The notes beneath the pieces are model-generated. The model was not told the DNA's origin, did no database searches, and saw only the letters and a program-made list of their open reading frames with translations. This document shows positions 1 through 11,924 of a stretch of DNA of 64,000 nucleotides, piece by piece. The position numbers were made by a program, and so were the translations under genes. How positions within the stretch are numbered: the stretch's first letter is position 1; every line of letters starts with the position of its first letter. This DNA comes from Antedon mediterranea (taxonomy: Eukaryota; Animalia; Echinodermata), in NCBI RefSeq assembly GCF_964355755.1, contig NC_092675.1, positions 28,616,912 through 28,680,911 on the forward strand. Reading direction: 5' to 3'.

Positions 1-457
1 GCCTAGTTCTTGTATAACAAAATGATTATCTTTACTTGTTTATTACAATGATAATATTAATAATTTTTCTAATTCGTCAGATAACGCATTGTACCTATAC
101 CACCAGGATCTCGAAAACTTCAATCAAATAATGTATATAATAAATTAATTCTTGGCCCTCTCCTTTTTTCATGTTTTTGCAAATGGATACAAAATCCAAT
201 GCTGGGAGTCTAAAAATATTGTAGCCCCGTAACAGATTATACCCTTCCAGTATCTATATACACCAAGGGATACAATATATCACGGTCGACTGTATAGGAA
301 AGGTACCCCCCCCCCCCCCTCCGTGACAGATTGAACACCCTATAACAGTTTAATAACTATCTATTATAGGGGGTGCAATTATTACGGTCGACTGTCCAGA
401 ATATTAGGTACCCCCGTGACAGATTGCACCCTCTATTATACCAGTTAATAACTATCT

Positions 458-2999
458 AATATGCAGTTTGTCCACCAGTGGGAGTTTTTTTTACTTTTTT
501 AACTAAATAATTTGGCTAGGTGTGATCGTGTATTTGAGCTTGGATGGGGAGGGGGGGGGAGTTTATGTTTGGTCGATAATGTTGAACGGAAGGGGTAGGA
601 GGGGGTATGGTGTGCATGGATATGCCTACATCGTGTGTAACTGTAACAGTGTCCGCCAGAAAGAGCTTTTAAGGGCTTCTTTACATTATTTTATATTTAC
701 ATTTATATGGATCAATTACAAATTATAACAGGCAACAGGTACGTTATACAATAAACATCAAATAAGCCGTTGATTTCATCGCCTAAAAAACGTGCCAATA
801 TTTGTTATAACGTAAAAGATATCCCAACTATCCACTAAAGAGAGAGGTTATTAAATTACAATATTCTGTCACCAAAAAAATGATATACATTTAATTTTTT
901 TAATGTGATAGGCCTACTTCCAGACGGTGACAAATTAGAGTCTTGACTATACATCGTACCGTTTTTTAATGTCCGTTTAAAAATAGCAGAACAGAGAAAT
1001 GCAGTTTGTTTTAAAGGCCTAAAGATATAGGCCTAATATGCAGTTTGTCCTCCAGAGAGAGTTTTTGGACGGGCCTAAGTTCTTTTTTAACTAAATAATT
1101 TGTCTGGTTGTGATCGTGTATTTGAGCTTGGATGGGGAGGGGGCGTTAGTTCATGTTTGGTCGATATGTTGAACGGAGGGTGCGGGGGGCGGGGGTATGG
1201 TGTGAAGGGATAAGCCTACACCGTGTGTAACTGGATTGTCCGCCAGAGAGATTTAAAGGGCATCTTTACATAAATTTGTATTTAGTACATTTATATGTAT
1301 CACTTACAAATTATAGAAACAGGTACGTTCTATATAAACATCAGATAAGCCGTTGAATTCATCGCCCAAAAACATGCCAATATTTGTTATAACGTAAAAG
1401 ATAGCCCAACTGTCCATAGAGAGAGAGTTTATTGAATTACAATATTCTGTCTGTCATCGAAAAATATATGATATACATTTAATTTTTTTAAATGTAATAT
1501 TTCCAGACGGTGACAAATTATGTCTTGACTATACATGATCGTACCGTTTTTTAATGTCCGTTTAAAAATAGCATAGAAATGCAGTTTGTTTTAATATAGA
1601 TAAGGCCTAATATGCAGTTTGTCCACCAGAGGGAGTTTTTGGACCTAAGTTCTTTTTTAACTAAATAATTTGTCTGGATGTGATCGTGTATTTGAGCAAA
1701 TGGGGAGGGAGTTCATGTTTGGTCGATATGTTGAACGGGGGGGGGGAGGGGGGATATGGTGTGTAGGGATAGGCCTACACCGTGTGTAACCGAATTGTCC
1801 GCCAGAGAGAGTTTAAGGGCATCTTTACATAAATTTGTATTGAGTACATTTATATGAATCAATTACAAATTATAGCAACAGGTACGTTCTATATAAACAT
1901 CAGATAAGCCGTTGATCTCATCTCCCAAAAACGTGCCAATATTTGGAATGAAGGGGGTTGGGGAGATATAGTGTGAAGGGATAGGCCTACATTTGGCGAT
2001 ATTCTGTCACCGAAAAAAATATGATATACATTTAATTTTTAAATGTGATACTTCTAGACTGAGACAAGTCTTGACTATACACATACACATCGTACCGTAT
2101 TTGAATGTCCGTTTAAAAATTGCAGAGAAATGCAGTTTGCTTTAATATAGATATAGGCCTAATATGCAGTTTGTCCACCAGAGGGAGTTTTTGGACCTAC
2201 GTTCTTTTTAAACTAAATAATTTGTCTAGGTGTGATCGTGTATTTGAGCTTGGATGTTTGGTGGGAGGGGGAATGGTGTGTAGAGATAGGCATACATCGT
2301 GTGTAAGTGTCCGCCAGAGAGAGTTTAAGTGCATCTTTACATTAATTTGTATTTAGTACATTATTTATATGGTTCAATTACAAATTATAGCAACAGGTAC
2401 GTTCTATATATAAACATCAGATAAACCGTTGATTTCACCGCCCAAAAACGTTCCAATATTTGTTAGCTGTCCACTAGAGAGAGAGAGTTTATTGAATTAC
2501 GATATTCTGTCGCCGAAAAAATTTGATTTACATTTAATTTTTTAAATTTAATAATTCCAGACTGAGATAAATTATGAGTCTTGATATACATCGTACCGTT
2601 TTTTTAATGTCCGTTTAAAAATAGCAGAGAAATGCAGTTTGTTTTAATATGGATATAGGCCTAATATGCAGTTTGTCTACCAGAGTGAGTTTTTGGACCT
2701 ATACGTTCTTTTTTAACTAAATAATTTGTCTGGGTGTGATCGTGTATTTGAGCATGGATGGGGAGGGGAGGGGGAGAGAGTTCATGTTTGGTAAATATGT
2801 TGAACGGAGGGGGAGGGGGTATGGTGTGAAGGGATAAGCTAAGCCTACACCTTGTGTAAGCGAATTGTCCGCCAGAGAGAGTTTAAGGGCATCTTTACAT
2901 AAATTTGTATTTAGTACATTTTATATGGATCCATTACAAATTATAGCAACCGGTACGTTCTATATAAACATCAGATAAGCCGTTGATGTCATCGCCCAA
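458..2999. repeat. Tandem satellite, 500-580 bp unit, about 4.6 copies
   Basis: Unit start aatatgcagtttgtc at 458, 1035, 1609, 2161 and 2663; variable G-runs. Confidence 0.9.
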
Positions 3000-3520
3000 C
3001 CGTTTACGTTTATTTATCAATGTTAATTTAGCGTTGAAATCCAGTCGATTTTGGTTAAAATGATATGTTTTCAATGTTGAAAAAAGATTGAAAGTAGGTA
3101 GTTATAAATTATGCTTACAGTATTACGTTTCTTTAGCAATCTCTTTTTAACGTTAATTTAACGTTAAAATCGTGTTGGCATTTTTGGTTAAAATGACAAC
3201 ATGTTTTCATCATTAATAAAGGTTGAAATTATGTTTTCATGTTTTAACTCCATTACAGTATTACGTTTCTATATCAATCTCATTTCAACGATAATTTAAC
3301 GTTATAATCGAGCTGGCTTTTGATTAAAATGGCAACATGATTTGAATTGAACATTGTGTTACGTTTATAACACAATATAATGTTAACGTTAATTCAACGT
3401 TAAAATCCAGTTGGCATTTCTGGTTAAAATGACAACATTTTTTCAACATTGAATAAAGGTTGAAATTACATTGTGTTAACGCCATTATTACGTTTGTTTT
3501 TCAATCTTATTTCACCGTTA
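3000..3520. repeat. Degenerate tandem repeat of about 100-140 bp (aacgtt-rich), probably TE-internal
   Basis: Recurrent ttacgttt...cgttaatttaacgttaaaatc...ttggttaaaatgacaacat. Confidence 0.7.
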
Positions 3521-4749
3521 AGATGTATTGTCCTTTTAATTATTTAAAAAAAATTAATATTTCGAAAAAAAGTTGGTCATTTTGAAGTATCATTAATAGT
3601 TATTAACTTTCACCAAAAATGTGTCGAAAAAAGTTGATTTAAAATTAAAACAAAACTGTAGACACAAGTATGAATATTTTCATAACCCAATTTATCCATT
3701 TTTACTAACTTAACCCTATTTTTGCATGCAGATGTCATTTTTCCATTCGTCTACAAGCCTTTCGTTTTACTATTACAAATGTCTTAATTAAATGCATGCA
3801 CTGTGTTGAAGGGTGACTGCAGTATGTTTGAATTTACAGTTTGTCTGTAATATTTCTGCTACAGTATTATTCTGTAGTATTCTTAAAGATATGCTACTTA
3901 AATTAGGGGTGTATTCAAAAAAATAATCATAATGAAGGTTACATTGATTAAACATTAGGCCTAAATTATTACCCGAACCTTACTTTCTTTAAAAAAAAAA
4001 ATACAAATAATAAGTCAATATTCATGATAGTTAATACGCTTGCTCCTATGGAATTTATAAATTATATCTTAGGTTTAGGAAGTCTTTTTATGTTTTACAT
4101 TGTAATGTAAAACTCAGACCAAAAATCCTTTTTTTAGATTTCACACATCATTTTTAAAAAGGTCATCTTGTCATCTGTTTTATAAAACTGTATGTACTGT
4201 GAAACAATAAAAATGATATGAAAAATTAATATGATTTTAAAATTATGAAGAATCAGATATACAGTAATTCGGTAAATAATGGACAATGTAGTACACAGTA
4301 GTATAACAATAATAGTATAATAATATGCTGCGCATGAGGCCCGGCCTTGCTAGTTAATAATAATATAGTATTATAATTATGCAAAGGCTGGCCACCGGCG
4401 ACGGTTTTCAGCCGTTCCTACAATACGGACAATGCAGTTATTTTTTTTAGGCCTACGTTGTGTGATGACTAGCATTAATTTGTTTGTTTTAAGATTGTTA
4501 TAGTTTTGATGTTATTTTTTAATGTATTCATCATGTGGAGATCTAAGATGGGATAAACCACCTGCAAGAAACAGGTTAGATTCACAGAATATTCTACTGA
4601 TAAAAATATTGTAGGCCTATATAAAAACCGAACAGAAAAGATTCGGTATAGGCTACAAAACACCTCGGATTATGGTTAGGTATATCAAACTGCCATTTGG
4701 ATATGTCGACGCAACTCTAGGAAAGGGACGCTTTAGTAACGCAATTTAC

Positions 4750-4978
4750 TTACAGAAACAAAGTACATATAATTTTTCCTTCTAAAAAAATGGTATCGTC
4801 AGGAATATGTTCCCCCTGGCAGACATACCGCCTTGCAGACATACCGCCTTGCAGACATTACAGAAACAAAGTACAGATATTTTCCCTTTAAAAAAAATGG
4901 TATCGTCGAAAATATGTTCCCCTGGCGGACATACCGCCTGGCAGACATACCGCATGGCAGACAGTCTGCAGCAGGATC
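4750..4978. mobile_element. MITE end fragment with a 108-bp duplication and gcagacataccgcc subrepeats
   Basis: Two copies of cagaaacaaagtaca...cccctggc-gacataccgcc; no partner TIR seen. Confidence 0.5.
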
Positions 4979-5783
4979 TCTATCAAAAAAGCTGCTCACG
5001 TTTTGTCTTGTGGTTGCTGTCACGCATCAGTGAGCATCGGTGGCTTACCGAAGAGTCGATTGAGTCCGAAACAAACCGATGGAGGAACTCTCGTACGGAA
5101 AAAAAATCGCTAGCTGGACACTGTGAAGCGGTATGGCCTGGTGTAGAACCACATTTATTACATTGCTTCGCTTGAGTTATTTTATTAACTGAATGATCTG
5201 CCTTAGTCTCGCCACTACGACTAGGCATACTACTACTAGTATTATCACCGTTCTCCATTTCATTAGATTGTTTAGTTGTTAGTTCATTTGTCCTACCATG
5301 TAGAAGTAACTTATCTAATGTACATCCACCCGTTTTCAAACCAAATTTTCTTAGCTTAGAATCTGTTGTCGATTGAATAATACTGTATGTGATTTAATCT
5401 CTCCACTAATATCATGGAAATCACACTTATCAGCTTGTTCACGTAGTCTAATGTGATACACGTCAATGCTCTCACCTTTATTTTGCTGTAACTTTCTAAA
5501 TTTCGATCTTTAAAATTCACTGTTCGATGATGGTAAGAAGTAATTTTTCAAAGCTTCTTTTGCCTGTACGTATGTTGTACCTTTATTTGGTAGCATTTCA
5601 AATGTGTTAAAGTTACCTGGGCCAATGAAGTGTAGCAGCAGTGCTCTCTTCCTTACGTCAGCAGTCACGTTCGCCGCCACTAAGTAGTTATCAAACCTGG
5701 CGATCCATCTCGCCCATTCTTGTATGGTTGGATCAAAATACTCCACCGATATGTCAAATTTAGACATTATTGCTTACTTATAA

Positions 5784-5811
5784 CAGGGAGTTGTTATTAG
5801 ACAACTCCCTG
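5784..5811. mobile_element. 28-bp TIR-only footprint of the CAGGGAG P-like family
   Basis: cagggagttgttattag + acaactccctg flanked by 7-bp TSD cttataa. Confidence 0.85.
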
Positions 5812-5900
5812 CTTATAATATCCACGGAGTTCACTTATCCACAATTCTCGTCGCCAATGTTGTATATTGTGCTCTGGGAATGAATGATTAGTAAGTATTT

Positions 5901-6740
5901 CCAAAGAATATATATCACAAGAATGAGTATTCCGCGATTTTCGCATGAGAAATTTGTAACAGAGAGCTCCAGAGAGTGATGCCCGCCCTCATAAGGGCGG
6001 ATGTATACATACTAAATAAGACTTGATTTAATAGATATTATACATGTCACATTAAATAGAATTATGATAATATATTTTGCAATTGTAAACTATTTTATAA
6101 TACGTATTTATTAACAAACTAGTGTACATTCACTTTTACAGACAATTATTTACTAACATGCTAAGTTAGTTCACAAAAAAAGCCTAACACAGCAACACCA
6201 AAAATCAACGAATCGTTACTCAGCACGGCCTATTCTTTACCATTGCCGTGTACTACTCTACGCCCGGTAAATTAAGTATTGTTTTTATGATATAAATTAG
6301 TATAAAATACATGTTATTAATAGGACAAAATGTTAAATATCATTAACATTTATTTGTTTTACCAGAAACAAGTTAAATATAGGAATATTATTAAACTATC
6401 GTTCGTGAAAACGCGTAAACACCAACACGCCCGGTCACGCTATCGTAGCGCCCGGTTGATAAAGCAAACTGTTTATACGGCAGTTTTTACTAAATAAATT
6501 GCATAAAACGAACAATTAAACATCCAAATAGTATTTAACATGATGTTGGCATGTAGTTTATAACATTTTTTATCATGAAAATACTACCGGTGGTCCAGCC
6601 TTTGATTAGTGAAACCGTCACAAAAAGTTGTATACATCCCAGATACATCCACACTTATGGCGGCGCCCTACCACATGGACAATATTACTGTTACAGGGAA
6701 AATCGCGGATTACTCATTCTTGTGATATTATATTCTTTGG
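5901..6740. mobile_element. Non-autonomous TIR element (MITE)
   Basis: About 40-bp TIR ccaaagaata..tcacaagaatgagta.tccgcgattt at both ends; 5-bp TSD tattt. Confidence 0.85.
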
Positions 6741-7086
6741 TATTTCACTGAGAAATCAGACCATGTGCTAATGTTCAGCCATCTTGTAGAACTCCTTTAT
6801 TAGTCTCCAATCCAGTCGTTAAATTGCTAATATGAATATATTACAAGAATGAACAATTATTATTTGATGAACATATTTAATGTGTTGTCTTTTGTAAAAT
6901 ATGAATTCTTTTTAAGTTGCAATTTTACAAAATAAAATTTTCATAAAATATCATTTTAATATTTGGATTTAAACGTTGAAAAATATTATTTTAAAGTAAC
7001 ATACTAAAGAAAAAAAGTAGTGAAATCATAAACTGTAGATACATTTCACTTTTAAATGTGATTCTTTGTTGTTGTTGTTTTTGCAG

Positions 7087-7158
7087 AACTTTGTATAACA
7101 ACCAAATTAGTAATTTACCAGCTGATATATTTAATGGATTGGGTAATTTGCTATACTT
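7087..7158 (+). CDS. LRR exon A (72 bp): TLYNNQISNLPADIFNGLGNLLYL
   Basis: ttgcag acceptor, gtaagt donor, typical 24-aa LRR consensus. Confidence 0.85.
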
Positions 7159-7543
7159 GTAAGTATGTTTGTACACATTGTGTTATTATATTCTTATTTC
7201 TTATTATTAATAATTGTTGATAATAATAACTGTAATTTATTGTAAACTAATTATGAAATACCGAATTTAAGTGAGTCATATTTAGAACATTCTTTTAGTA
7301 TAAATCAAAAATATTTAAGATGTTTGTTCTAACAAATTATTGTATTTAATGTTTTTTGTAATATGAATCTGTTTAAACTTGCAGTTTTACAAGATACTAG
7401 ATCATACGTAAATGTTTGGCTTAAAAATAAGTTAAAACACTAAAGAAAACAGGAAACAAAGTACTGTATAGTGAAATCATGGTAACGTCAAATGTAGATA
7501 AATTTCACTTTTAAATGTGATTCATTCGTGTTTCTTTTTTCAG

Positions 7544-7615
7544 GTTTTTGAGTTACAACCAATTTAGTAATTTACCAGCTAAAATGTTTCAGGGTTTGAA
7601 CAATTTGCAACGGTT
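7544..7615 (+). CDS. LRR exon B (72 bp): FLSYNQFSNLPAKMFQGLNNLQRL
   Basis: Polypyrimidine+cag acceptor, gtaagt donor, LRR consensus. Confidence 0.85.
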
Positions 7616-9910
7616 GTAAGTATGTTTGTATGTTTCATTAATAATTGGCGATAATAACAATTGTAATTTATTATAAAATAATTATGAAATGACCAATGTA
7701 AGTGGATCATATTTTGAACATTCTTTTGATATAAATAAACAATACTTAAGGTGTTTATTCTAACAAACTATTGTAGTTTTTTTTTTTTTCTTTCGTGGGA
7801 ATCGCCCACCTTTATTGTAATTTCTTCTCATTTTCATTAACATGACTTAACAGGTATTTATGAACGTATTCATTTACGAACCAATGTATAATAGTTAAAT
7901 ATTAAATTAAATACTTAAAACGATATAGATACATATTTGGCATAAAGGTAAATAGACTATACAGATGAAGCTATAATAGAAAAAAATACATTATACATAT
8001 TGCATATTTAAAATTTTACTGTACAGATAAATTAAAATATTGCATATATAAAAATAGTGAATGAAGTAAAATTAAGGTAAGTTCTCTAAAATGCTAGTTT
8101 TTACATTTTTCCATTTTTTGTCTGCTTTCATAAAATTGCATGCGTATTCATCTGTAATTAAGGATTTCAATTCAAATGCAAACAAATTCCATATCACTTT
8201 ATGTTTTTTCGTTTTTTCTAATTTTTCCAAAATGCATGATTTATAAATGCAAAATGTGAATAATGAAATAAGTTCATTTACAATTATGTTTCGTGTACCT
8301 GTTATTTTTTTATACCAATTGATAGTACCTTCTGTTGGAAAAAACTTAATTATGAGGTCATTAAATTTAAGCCATACATTTTGAATTGCTGTACATTCAA
8401 CTAGCATATGTAATTCACATTCAATTTCTTGTTTACACCTGTCGCATATATTGTTTTCTACTATTTTCCAATCTAAGCCTTTTTTTACAAGGTAAAATGT
8501 TGTGTAGTAATTTAAAATTAAATTGTACAATTTTATTTATGTGCTTAAAGTTGTGTATTTTATTTGTCCATACTTTATACCAATCTAGTTCAGCATTATT
8601 GAACACTACTTCCCATTTTGCCTCTGCAAAGGGATAGGTAGCAATTTCATTTACAAAATGTCTATAATAAAATTGACCTTTGTTCTCTTTTCGGAACAAG
8701 GATTTCTCAATTGTGTTCACCTGTTCGTCATCATATTGGTCTCTCGCTATAGATTCTTTCCATTCAACAGGTATGGCATTAATAAGCAACATGTATTCTA
8801 TTAGACCATTTTGTCTTTTGAATTATTTACTATAATATTGTAGCAGACCTACCACATAGCTTTTAAACAATTCAACATTTACTTTTAATTTGATTATTTA
8901 TACATCCTCTATATATCTCTTTATTTAACCTCACATTGACAGGTTACCTTCCTGTTACCTTCACTTTTCTAGCTAATGGATTTTAAGAATGTTAATGACT
9001 CTAACAGAAAACCACATTAATTCTCTTAATCCTAATTGGTCAGATGAGATGGGCCAAGCCCAATATTATCATGCACTGACCACATTATTACATTTACCAG
9101 CATCTTAGCTACACCGTTTATTGCATTGTCTTATCAAATATTGTATATTGTATATTTTATCTATTTATTGAGAATCCTCACTTGATTCACTTTGAATAAA
9201 TTGCATAGTTTACTGTATACATTTAGTAGTTTTATTTTACCGTTGTGCCGACAATTACTAAAGTGGTGACCCTCGACTTTCTTATACCGAATTTAACTTA
9301 AAATGGAAGGACAACAGCAACAACGACAGCTATACCGCAACCTCCAGCACAACCCCAGCACCAGGAACAACCTGTGGTGCCCGCTCCTGACGCAGCAACC
9401 GTCAACAGGCCAATTTATTCTGTAGCGTTGAAACTGCCTCCATACTGGCCCAATGATCCGATATTGTGGTTCACCCAAGTGGAAGCACAGTTCACAACGC
9501 GTGGGATTACAGTAGATGCTACAAAATACGCTTACTTACCGTAGTCGGATCATTGCAACCTGAAATTGCGCAGGAAGTTCGGGATCTACTTCTCAACCCG
9601 CCGACTGATAACAGGTATGTGAACTTGAAAGATACCTTAATACGTCGGACAACTGACTCCGACCAACAGCGCCTCCGCCAACTCCTGACGTCCGAGGAGT
9701 TGGGGGATAGGAAACCGTCGCAATTATACCGACGGATGTACACGAGAATTTAACCATGAAACGCTCGCAGCTGTTGCTTGAGTGAAAACCAAATATGCAG
9801 ACGCTATCAAGTCCATCTCTGGACACAAGATGGAAAAACAGACATACTTACGCACACTATGAAAAGAATCGTCATCTGTACGCGCTCGGATCTATCTCGG
9901 CATGCTCAAG

Positions 9911-10473
9911 CAGTGGTGGCGCCAGCGGGGGGGGGGCTACGGGGGCTCTAGCCCCCTCGTCGGGGAGCCTAGCCCCGCCGTCGGGGAACACGGGTACTTT
10001 TTGTCGGGGAATATAATAACAGTAAAAAGCGTTCGCGTTCACTTCGTAGCTAGCTTCAGCGCCTAGAAAACCGCGACGTTTCATTGACCGTGAGAGTACG
10101 TCAGAGTGATATTATGCATTCATTATTGCCAGCGATCTAACTTACTACTAAACAATAGTTAGGTTCGCACTTGTCTGGCGGTATCCCTTTGTACGAATCG
10201 TTCAACGTTGGGTCGAGACGCGTGATATCAAGTTCCATCCAGGGACCAAAATGTGTAATGTAGTTATTTTCCAGGCGAAGTTTACCGACGGTTACCGAAG
10301 GGAACACGGGTACTTTTTGTCGGGGAATATAATATACAGTAAAAAGCGTTCGCGTTCACTTCGTAGCTAGCTTCAGCGCCTAGAAAACCGTGACGTTTCA
10401 TTTGACTGTGAGAGTACGTCAGAGTGATATTATGCACTTTATATGCATCCATTATTGCCAGTGATCTAACTTA
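9911..10473 (+). mobile_element. Left end of a hAT-like non-autonomous element with an internal direct repeat spaced about 316 bp
   Basis: Starts cagtggtggcgccag+G-run; 9984-10144 is repeated at 10300-10473; right TIR not found. Confidence 0.55.
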
Positions 10474-11547
10474 GGCCCTGTTCAGACCCATGGCGTTAGA
10501 CCGTTTTAGCGTACGACGCTAAAAGAATGTGTGTCTGAACAGTTGGGGATTAGCGTACAACGCGTCGTACAACGGTTGTAGCGTTGTAGTGGAAAACGGT
10601 TGATAGTACCGTTTTAGCGTACGACGCTACTGTAAGTCAACGTTGTATCCAATCAGAACGTTTCCTGTTATGACGCGAAACAAGGTTTGACCCAGGCTGA
10701 CATCTTGTATCGTCAATGTGTGAGATGGATTTCAATAACAAAAAGGCCAGAATAAATAAGGCCTAACTACACTACAAATACAACTGTTACAAAGGCTACA
10801 AACTATTATCAACTGATTACCATTATATTTTCTAACAAATGACATAAATACATGCACCTTGTATTTAAACATAGGGACTACGATCCCATCCGCTTTTAGG
10901 CCTAGCTAGGCCTAGAGCCATTCACGCATTTCATTCAAGCTAAAAACTAGCGTGGGACATCAAGTCACTCATTCATCAAGGCAGACTAGACTGGACAAGT
11001 TTAATGCTGAAAACCCCCTAACTCCTAAAAAATCAGTAAACAAACAAGGGGAGCTGTGTCCCTTTTATTAGCAAGTTAAGGGTTATTTTCAACCGACTGA
11101 ACTAAAGAATATATATCTTTGACTGGACTGGATAGACTAATCACAATCATTGTTTTCTTCATCATTACGAGGCCTGCTTTATTTTCGTAACACAAGAGCC
11201 TGGGGAAAATGTTTTTTACTACAAAATAAAAACAATAGAAACAGAAATTTACTTTACTATATTTTTTTCTTAAATAAATGCTGAGGTATGTTTTATTTAC
11301 GGCAAATTTTGTCATAATTGTAGGGCTGAGATCTAGGCCTATATACAGTGGAAATAATGATGAAAACACGTGGGTAAGAGCACGTGAATATGCAACTAGA
11401 AACAACCTGGATGACGTACTTCCGTTGTAACGATAATCGTACGCTATGGGTCTGAACACCTCGTTTTTTTCTCTGCGGTTTGTAACGTGACCTTGATAGT
11501 AACGTTGTACGCTAAAACGGTCTAACGCCATGGGTCTGAACAGGGCC
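10474..11547. mobile_element. PIF/Harbinger-type MITE
   Basis: About 40-bp TIR ggccctgttcagacccatggcgttagaccgttttagcgtac; flanks tta/tca. Confidence 0.85.
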
Positions 11548-11893
11548 TCAGTAAGAATGACACCCCTGCCAGGATCAAAACAATGGCAACCAGCAACAGT
11601 AATTGAACATCACAATACACCACGATCTTATGTAGTAGAACACAATGGAAAGAAATATCGCAGAAACAGAAAAGATCTTAAAACAGCAACAAGTGCAGCA
11701 AACCGATACTTTGAACCAGATCTCACATATGATTATAACACCTATCCAACAACCACCGAGACCAAACAATCATCACCGGAAATAACCATTCCCAAACAGA
11801 AAACGCCAGCCAATGCTAAACCTGATACCAACGAACCACCAGCTTACATAACCAGAAGCGGACGCACCAGCAAGCCACCTAATCGGTTGGACC

Positions 11894-11923
<30 letters not shown>
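11548..11923 (+). mobile_element. Gypsy integrase C-terminal fragment, likely the inverted tail of element B
   Basis: VRM..W.PATV..TPRSYVV..YRRNR..L..TRSGR.SKPP.RLDL* followed by an A-run. Confidence 0.8.

Positions 11924-11924
<1 letters not shown>

Larger units (their letters stand above)
4985..6845 (-). mobile_element. Truncated Ty3/Gypsy (Mag-like) element: LTR, PBS and gag
   Basis: gag ORFs 5510-5767 (WARWIARFDNYL..RALLLH) and 4983-5339 (CCHC-type knuckle); PBS tggcgacgag at 5856-5847 (complementary to the tRNA-Ser 3' end); LTR tgttgtatatt (5858) to aatatattaca (6845), split by a MITE. Confidence 0.75.

Noticed and set aside
3730-3850. Possible 5' exon (signal peptide or LDLa) of the GPCR
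   Set aside because: An acceptor-like cag and some Cys codons are present, but all frames hit stops and there is no convincing donor or motif
6991-7176. Minus-strand ORFs 6991-7176 and 48550-48738 as a small paralogous gene pair
   Set aside because: They are antisense shadows of LRR exons A and E
11896-11923. PolyA tail of a processed pseudogene
   Set aside because: It directly follows the Gypsy integrase stop where the A-rich polypurine tract is expected; no TSD
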